From: a virus
DNA: 64,000 bases
Direction: 5' to 3' (one strand)
IMG/VR virus record: IMGVR_UViG_3300015063_000001
Span: 779-64,778 of that record
In this document: one piece after another, positions 54,401 through 63,400 of the stretch
Layout: the number at the start of each line of letters is the position of its first letter
How positions within the stretch are numbered: the stretch's first letter is position 1
The notes under the pieces: model-generated
Database searches by the model: none
The model's input: only the letters and a program-made list of their open reading frames with translations
What the model was told of the DNA's origin: nothing
Translations under genes and position numbers: made by a program

Positions 54401-57400
54401 GCCGAACATGGCCGCGCCAAGCTGCGGGATGCTTATGATGCCTTTGTCGCCAAACACGGGCCGATCAATAAGGAAGAGCGCACCGTAACCAGCCGGCTTA
54501 ACAAGCTTGGCGAACCGGTGACAATCACTCGGTATCCGAACATCGCTAAGTTCATGGCGGATCCTGACGCTTGGAAAGTTGCGGCGATCGAGAACTACGA
54601 CACCGAGACCGGAAAGGCGAAGCGGGCCGATATCCAGACCAAGGATGTCATCGACGCGCCGATGGAACGCCAGATCAACGGGCCGTCCGATGCTCTGGCG
54701 GCTTCGTTGGACTTCACCGGCGGCGTCGATCTCGACCACATCGCACAGTCTCTCAATTTACAGACGCAGGAAGACGTCGTTCGCCATCTTGGCGATTTGG
54801 TCTACCAGAACCCGGACGGCCGGAAATGGGAGACCGCCGATAGTTACCTGTCCGGCGACGTGGTCAAGAAGCTTGATGATGCCCGCGCCATCGCCGCCGA
54901 AGACACGTCGTATATGCGCAACGTGTCAGCGCTCGAAAAGGTCCAGCCGGAGCCGTTGACCGGCTCAGACATCACGGCGCAGTTCGGGGCGCCATGGGTT
55001 CCAGGCGACGTCTACGAAAGCTTCCTCAAGGAAATCGGCGGTCAGGGCGTCAAGGTCAAGCTGGTCCCGTTGACCGGGGAATGGCGGTCAAGCGCCACGA
55101 TGTATTCCCGCGATGCCAGAGCAAAATATGGAACGGATCGTGTTGAGACAGCAAAGATAGTCGATGCCGCCCTCAACAATAGGCAGATCACGGTTTGGGA
55201 TGAGCACAGCGATGGAAGCAAGTCAGTCAACGAAAAGTCTACCACGGAAGCCAGGGTTAAGACCGAACTGCTGAAAGAGACGTTCACCGGCGACCAGGAA
55301 CACGGCATCGACGGCTGGGTGTTCGCAGATCCGGAGCGCGGCCAACGGTTGGAGGCGATCTACAATCGCACATACAACAACCTTGTGCAGCGCAAGTTCG
55401 ACGGCACGCACCTGACGCTGCCTGGGCTCAATCCTGATTTCGCGACACGCCAGCACCGCAAGGATGCAGTTTGGCGGATCGTCCAGAACGGCAACACGTT
55501 GCTTGCACACGACGTCGGGACTGGAAAAACCGCGACAATGATTGCGGCGGCGATGGAGCAAAAAAGACTTGGCTTAATTAATAAGCCGATGATGGTTGTT
55601 CCAAATCATATGTTGGAACAGTTCTCGCGCGAGTTTATCCAGGCGTATCCAGACGCTAAGATTTTGGTCGCGCAAAAAGACGAGATGACCAGGGAGAACC
55701 GCAAGGCGTTTCTGGCGCGCGTGGCGTCCAACGATTGGGACAGCGTCATCATTACGCATGATGCCTTCGGTCGCATTAACATGGGGCAGGAGTTCCGCAG
55801 GGCCTTCATCCGCGACCAACTCGACGAATTGGATCGGGCCATTAAGGCGGAAGCCGCTGAAAGCGATAAGAAGTCGCCGACGGTAAAGAGCTTGGAAAAG
55901 GCAAAAAAGAAGCTGCAGGGGCGGCTTGAAAATTTGATGAATGAAGAGCGCAAGGATGCTGGGACCAATTTTGAAGAATCCGGCGTCGATAATCTCTTCA
56001 TCGATGAAGCGCATTGCTTCCCATACAATACGATGGTCCAGACAGATCGCGGTCCAATCAAAATTGGTGAGATCGTTGAGAGGCAACTATCGGTTTCTGT
56101 CGCCAGCATAGATCACCGGACCGGTCGCCTTATATGGAATCCGATCCACAATTATTGGCGGCACAATCGCGGCAATAAGCAGTTTGTGCTTGTAAAAACC
56201 GATAAATCTGACATACTTTGCACAGTCAATCATCGAGTATTTGTGGATGGGCGAGGGTATGTCAGGGCAGATGAAATCAAGCCGGGAGAGGCTTTGCGCG
56301 CTTTGCCAGAGGCCGTTTGTGCCAGCGTCGCGCGGCAGACTTGGGAATACCCAGAAGCATTGCTCGCGCCAGTGTGCGAAAACGGCAGCCAAGAAACTAG
56401 TAGAAAAGAATTGCGAACTGTGCGGCGAGCCGTTTCAGTTTCGCAGTTCTGGAAAGACGAACAACGACAAGCGACGGTTTTGCGGCAGTCCATGTGCGGC
56501 GTCATGGCGGATGGCGCAGCCTGGGCGGATGGAGAAGTCCGCGCCGATGTGGGCCGCTTCGCGGAAGAAATGGTTGGAGCCAGAATACAAGGCCATGATG
56601 GCGTCGGCATCATCAAAAAGAATGCTTGCCGACAACCCGATGTCAAACGCGGATATCCGGCAGAAAGTCAGCGTGTCGCTGAGCGGGCGGACTTTTCTAT
56701 CTCGCGGCGGCAACGGCCAGCCGACGAAGCCGCAGTTGCTACTGCATGGCTTGACCGGTCTTCCCATGGAATATGCAATACTGACGAAGCCAGTGCACGG
56801 TCGATTTCAGAGTCTGCCGCAATGCTACAAGGTGGATTTGGCGGACCCGGTGCGCAAGTTGGCTATAGAGGTGGACGGCAACAGCCATCGTTCTCGGAAA
56901 TGGAAGTTTCTGGACCGACGCAAGACAGAAATACTGAATGCGCTCGGGTGGTCAGTGTTGAGATTCTCGAACGAGGAAGTGATCGCGAACCCAGAACTGG
57001 TGGTTCAGAAGATAGCTTCGTTTATGATCTCGGCGTCGCCGGCGAGCACAATTATTTCGCCAATGGAGTCCTAGTCCACAACTCGTTCAAGAACCTAGCT
57101 TTTATAACTCGTATGCAGCGCGTCAAGGGCTTGGCGCAGGGTGATAGCCAGCGCGCCGAAGACCTGTTCCTCAAGATTCAATACTTGGAACAGAAGCGGC
57201 CGGGGCGAGCGGCGGTGTTTGCCACCGGGACGCCGGTCTCTAACACGATGGCCGAGCTTTGGACGATGCAGCGGTATTTGAACCTGCGTGCGTTGAAAGA
57301 GCGCGGACTGGATACGTTCGATTCCTGGGCTTCGACCTTCGGCCGCGTCGTCAACAATATGGAATTGTCGGCTGACGGTCGCACCTTCAAGGAGGTGTCG

Positions 57401-60400
57401 TCGTTCTCGAAGTTTGTCAACGTGCCGGAACTGGTGTCTCTGTATTCAGAGATCGCAGATACAAAAACGGCGGACATGCTGAAACTGCCGACGCCGGATG
57501 TCAAAACCCGCAGCGGGGCGCCCGGCATCGAGATCGTCCAGGCGGAGCCTTCTTCCCAGGAAGAAGCGCACATCCAGAAATTGGTCGAACTCGCGGAATC
57601 GCTCAAAGGCAAGCGCCCTGAAAAGGGCCAGCCGAACATGCTGAGCGTGGTGACGGAAGGCCGCAAGGTCGCCACCGATGGTCGGCTGATTTCGCCTGAT
57701 TTTGATTTCAACCCGCAGGGCAAGATCGCCCTGGGCGTCAACAATATCCATCGCATATGGGAAGAGGGCAACGCTGACCCGTCGGCGCCGAACAAGGTGC
57801 AGATGGTGTTCCTCGACATGGGCGTACCGAAGAGCAAGGCCGCGGCAAAGAAGAAGCCGGCTGACGTCGATCTCGAGGAAGGTGCCGACCCGGCACAGGA
57901 AGCGGCGCCGCGCATCGACCTGTACGCCGACATCAAGAAGCGCCTTGTCGACGCCGGCATCCCGGCGAAAGAGATCGCAGCAATTCATGACGCGACGGAC
58001 GACGACAAGAAGGCAAAACTGTTCCAGAAGGTCCGCAACGGTGAAGTCCGGGTTATCTTGGGATCATCCGGAAAGATGGGCGTCGGCACAAACGTCCAAG
58101 ACAAACTTATCGCGATGCACCACTTTGACGCACCGTGGAAGCCAGCGGATGTCACGCAGCGCGACGGCCGTATCGTGCGGCAAGGCAACAAGAATAAGGA
58201 CGTGCAGATCTACCGCTATGTCACGAAGCGCTCTTTCGACGCCTTCATGTGGCAGAAGCTTGACACCAAATCGAAGTTTATCGGGCAGGTTTTGTCGGGG
58301 GCGAAGGGCTCCCGCCACGCCGAAGACATCGACAACCCGCTGCCGGAAGCTGCGGAAATGAAGGCGGCCGCGTCTGGTGACCCGCGGATTATAGAGCACG
58401 CCGAACTCGATCGCCAGGTCCGCGCCTTGTCGGCGCAGCGTAGATCGTTTGACGCGACGAAATCGCGGGCGCAGTGGGAAACCGGAACGGCAAAAACCCG
58501 TATTCAGGGATACGAGGACGCATTGCCGAACGCCAAGGCCGATGCTGCCAGCGTGCAGGATTTGGCCGGCGACAAGTTTAGCGCTGAGCTCGGCGGCTCG
58601 GTGGTGACTGATCGCAAGGTGGCCGGGCAGGCAATCCTAGATCGGTTATTGGCTGTTGATGCCCGCACCTTCTACACGCCGAAGATTGTCACGCTCGGCA
58701 AGCTGTCCGGCTTCGATATGAACGTCGAACTGCGTGGCGGCTGGGATGGCTCGTCGGCCATTCTGCGGGCGCAGCCGTCACTCAAAGGCAAGAGCGGCTA
58801 CGGCACGCCGAACGATACGGTCATTAATGCGCAGACCGATCCCGGCGGCTTGATCCGCCGGTTTGAAAATATCCTCGGTAACATCCGGCAGAACCCGGAC
58901 CGGTTGGAACGCGAGTTGGCCGGCGAAAAGGACAGCGTTGCGAAACTCGAAAAGACCTTGGGCGAGACATGGCCGAAGGAAAATGATTACCGCGCCGCGC
59001 TGGATAAGCTTCATGCGCTGAGCGAGTCGTTGAAGGCGCCGAAGCATCCCGACGTCTTTACGGAAGAGGTGAAGGAGCGCCGCGGCGGCTGGGATCAGGC
59101 CGAAGGCCGCGACATGGGCCCGAAGCTTGGCGAGACCGCCGTTCGTATCGGGGCAAAAACGGAAGCCCATATCAAGCCGACCGAGCGCTACACGGCGGCT
59201 GAGAAAAAGATTGCCAACGCTGTTGCCGAGATCGGTCAGCGCATGGCGCCGCAGGCCGACGTCAGGGGCGCAGCCGCGCTCCGGCAGAACGGCAATCAGA
59301 TATGGGGTGCCTTCGTCAACAGCGAGGCCTTCCCGCACCTTGTCGCGTGGTCTCTCGAAAAGGGCAGTCCGGCCCAGATTGCCGGCACGGTGCGCCATGA
59401 AATTGTCCATCATCTCCGTGAGGCCGGTTTGATCCGTCCGAACGAATGGGCGGCATTACGCGATGCGGCGGTCAAGGATGACTGGCTCGGCAAGCATAAC
59501 ATCGAGGACCGCTATCCGGACCTTTCAATGGACCGCAAGGTGGAAGAAGCCGTTGCCGAACAGTTCTCAAAATGGCGCACTGAACGGTCGATCGAAAAGC
59601 CAGGCCTGATCCGGGACGCCTTCCAGCGGATCGAATTGCTGTTCCGCCGTGTGGCTGCGGCGGCGCGCAGCTTCATGGGCAAGGATGCCACCGCCAATGA
59701 CGTCTTCACTAGGATTGAAACCGGCGAAGTCGGCGCTCGCCATTCCGACCAGATCGAGGCGCAGAAGCGGTATTTGGCACAAGACAACCGCGAGGCCGCG
59801 CAGACGCCGGGCGAAGAGAACCGGAAGCGGCGCGAGTTTGCGCGCGGTTTGCCCGGCGCGGAGCCGACCATTCGTGATAGGATAGTGCAGGCTGCCGATG
59901 CTCTGCGGGCTAAGGCGGCCGAGTTCTCTGAGAAGATTGGCGTCGATCAAATCGTCCGTGACATGCAGATGCGCGTGGCGCCGATGGCGGCGCGTGACGC
60001 CACCGTGCAGTCCCGCGCGATCGCCAAGGAGTTCATCAACGCGCGCCGGCAATCCAGGCAATCCTGGAATGCCGCCGACAAATACATCATGGACAATTTC
60101 CCGCCGGAGCGCCGCAAGGCTATGTGGGATGCCGCTGACGAGCAAAGCGTTGCGATGCAGCGCGGCCGGTCGACGGTGGGGATCGGCCTCGACCGTCTGC
60201 CACCGGATGAACGGCGTGTTGTCGAAATGCTGCAGGCCCGTGGTGAGCGCAATCTGAAAGACGCCAACGATCTCGGTATGATCGAAAGCGAAGGCCTTCC
60301 GAGCTACGCGCCGCGCATGGTGGTCCGCATGGCGGAAGGCAAATACGAGCATGGGGCTGGCCCCGGTGCCGAAGTGGTTCGTGACGTCCGAACCTTGGCG

Positions 60401-63400
60401 CTCGCCAACGCACGGCTCGAAGACGCCATTGCGGCGCGGCGCCTTATCAACTCTATCGAGGAAGTCGGCAAAAGGAGTGGTAACCCGACCGTCAACGATG
60501 GCGGGGCTCCGACGCGCAAGATTGGTGCGGAAGGCCAAATCGCGAATGTTCTCGACCAGATCGGTCGCGGCGTCTCGACGTCGACGCCGCAGTTGAAGCA
60601 CCGCAAGTATCTGACGACGGAAGAAACCGAAGCGGCGGCCAATAAGGTTCCGGTGGCCGATAAGAATGCCCCGGATTGGTTCACGCTCAATCACCCGGCG
60701 TTTACGAAGCTTATGCCGCGCATGACCGACTCTGACCCGAAAACCTATCGGGATGCAGTCAAGCGCGTCAGCGGCATGACCGTCGAAAACAAGCAGGTCC
60801 CGGCCCGCGATGAAGACGGCAATATCATCTATGACCGCAAGCCGATTTACGTCCGGGCCGATTTCGAGGGTCCGCTTCGCGCCGTTCTTTCCAAGGACAC
60901 CGACCGCACCTACCGCGCCTTGATGGCCCTCAAGGGCAAGGTGATGTCGGTTATCATGATGTCGCCGCTTATCCACAATCAAGTGGAATGGGGCCGCGCG
61001 CTGCCGGTGGCACCTGGCAAGGTGGTCACGTTCCAGACCTATCTCGAGGGCAACAAGGTTGCCAACGATCCGAAACTTATGAACCGCGCCATTGCTGGTG
61101 GCGTCGTCCCGATCGGCGGACACGGCTATATGCAGGATATCGTGTCGATCGCGGAAGCGCCGACGGTGCGGCCTGGCCGGTCGTTGACGGCCAAGGGCTT
61201 GGGCTACGGCGCCGAAGGCCTCGGGTATCTGACGCGGCTTTATAACCCGCGCTCAGGCGCTAATGAAGTTCGCAATGCCGTCGATTGGTTCGGAAACGTT
61301 TGGCACAACCGGATGCTTTGGGACCGCATTCGTGACCTGCAAATGGGTCTGTGGTCGCACGTCAATGAAACTATGGTCGGTAAAGGATATGATCCTTATA
61401 GCGCCAACGTGGCGGCGGCACACTTTGCAAACCGATATGCCGGCGCACTGCCGATTGAAGCGATGTCTGGCATCGCCCGCGGCATTGCCAACGTCTTGCT
61501 GTTCTCGCGGAGCTTCACGCTCGGCAACCTAGGCGCCTACAAGGACGCCATCCTCGGGCTGCCGCGTGACGCACAGGCGATGATCCAGCAAAACGTCGGA
61601 TACGCCGAATTACAGAAGGTTCAGAGTTACGTGAAACGAAAGTCGCTGGCGATGCTGGCGATCGACGCCGGGCTTTATTACGCGACATTGTCGGCCCTGC
61701 AGAGCGCGTTCAACGTGGCCGGCGTCGGCCATACCGTCAGCACGCTCGGCGGCATGATTGCCGGCGGCGCCCTTGGCGGCAAAGGCGGCACGTTCGGCCG
61801 GTTGGCTGCGGCGGCGGGTATGGGCGCGGCCGGGTTCGGGCTTGCCAGCGTTCTCGGCGCGTCAAAGGGTACCCGCGATCTTGAGGACGAGCTCGGCCGG
61901 TACTGGACCAGGTTCTCCGATCTGCTTGGTCGTGTTGGCGAGCATCCGTTTGAAACGATTGGCAACCCGTTCAAGATGCTGGAGTCGCTCGGCTCGACTG
62001 CGGAAAATGAGCCCGGCAAGAAGAGCCGCCTGCTGATCGGCTACCAGCCTGACGGCACGGCGATCTACGCGCGCCTCGCGGTCGGCAAGGTCACAGAAGA
62101 GTTGATGGGCTACATGACCGAGCCGAACGAGATGCTTCATCGTAAGCTGAGCACCTTCGCCAGACCGTTGTCGCAACTTTATAATAACGACGCCGGCTTT
62201 GGGCATCCGGTGTATGACAAAAAAGCTGATACGCCGTACGCTGTCACGAAGAACATTATCAAAATTGCCGCCCTGATTGTCGGTGACCAGATACCGGTCG
62301 ACACCATCAAGGGTGCCATGGACTGGTACGGCGGCGGACCGGGCTCCGAAGTGTCTGGCATGAAGGCGATCGCGCCGTTCATCGGCACGACGATCTCAAA
62401 GGGCTTCCCTGGTGGGCCCGAGCTCGGCGTATTGCAGGACGCAAAGGATCGGCAGAAATACCGAGTGCAGGAAGCGTTGCCCGGCATCCGCGAGCAAATC
62501 AAAAAGGGCGATACCGAAGGCGCAGTAGCCAAGATGGAAGAACTGCATATCCCGCGCGGGCTGCAGGGCTACTACATTCGCACGACGCAAGACCCGGCAT
62601 CGCGGCTCTCCAAGCGCGAGATGCACGATTTCATGCAATACGCCTCGCCGGACGAACAGCGCGAGTATGAGAACACGCAGCGGAACAGGCCGACTACGGA
62701 CGGCTCGGCACCGAAGCGCGCCGATGGCGGAAAGGTGGAGGCTGACTACGACACCGCGCTAACGCCGGATGAAGAGGCAAGCTTCCAACAGTGGAAGGCG
62801 GACAATGCACCGCACGATTCTGGCGCGGACTATGACCTCCGTGGTGCGTTCAAGGCCGGCCTGTCGCCCGCCGCCGATGGTCATTGGGATGACACCTTCA
62901 AAAAGCCGAACCATCCGACTTTCAGCATCTATTCCAAATATGCGAAGGATCGGCCGGAGTTGGCCGGGACATGGAATGGCGATCAATACATCCCGCCCGT
63001 TCCTGCCCGCGCGCACGGCGGCCGCGTCGAGGCGGCAAACATCAATCACAATCCGACTGAGGCGCAGAAGCACGCCGGCAACTACGCAAAAGATCACGTA
63101 AGAATCCACGGCCACGACATCACCATCGAGAACGCCAAAGGCAAACGCCGGCACGGCGTTGGTCAAGACGGCAAGCCATGGTCCGCCGTGCTCGGGGCAC
63201 ACTACGGGTATTTTAAAAAATCTGAGGCCAGAGATGGCGATCATGTCGACTGCTACCTCGGCCCGCACATCAAGTCCCCGCACGTCTTTGCCATCGATCA
63301 AGTCGACCACAGGACCGGCAAATACGACGAAGCAAAAATCTGTCTTGGTTTCGCAAACGAAAAGCAGGCGTTGCGCGCCTATGAGGCCGGGTTCTCGGAT

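Noticed and set aside
59567-61123. 518-aa minus-strand ORF, and similar ones at 44632-45636, 53843-54739 and 23897-24790
   Set aside because: Expected stop-free antisense frames of strongly GC3-biased genes; no recognisable domains.
48426-62036. Other same-strand alternative-frame ORFs in the giant gene (for example 49221, 54039, 57702, 59127, 59898)
   Set aside because: Ser/Arg/Pro/Thr-rich shadow composition, no clear SD, and the host frame keeps the codon bias and motifs there, unlike the four nested genes reported.
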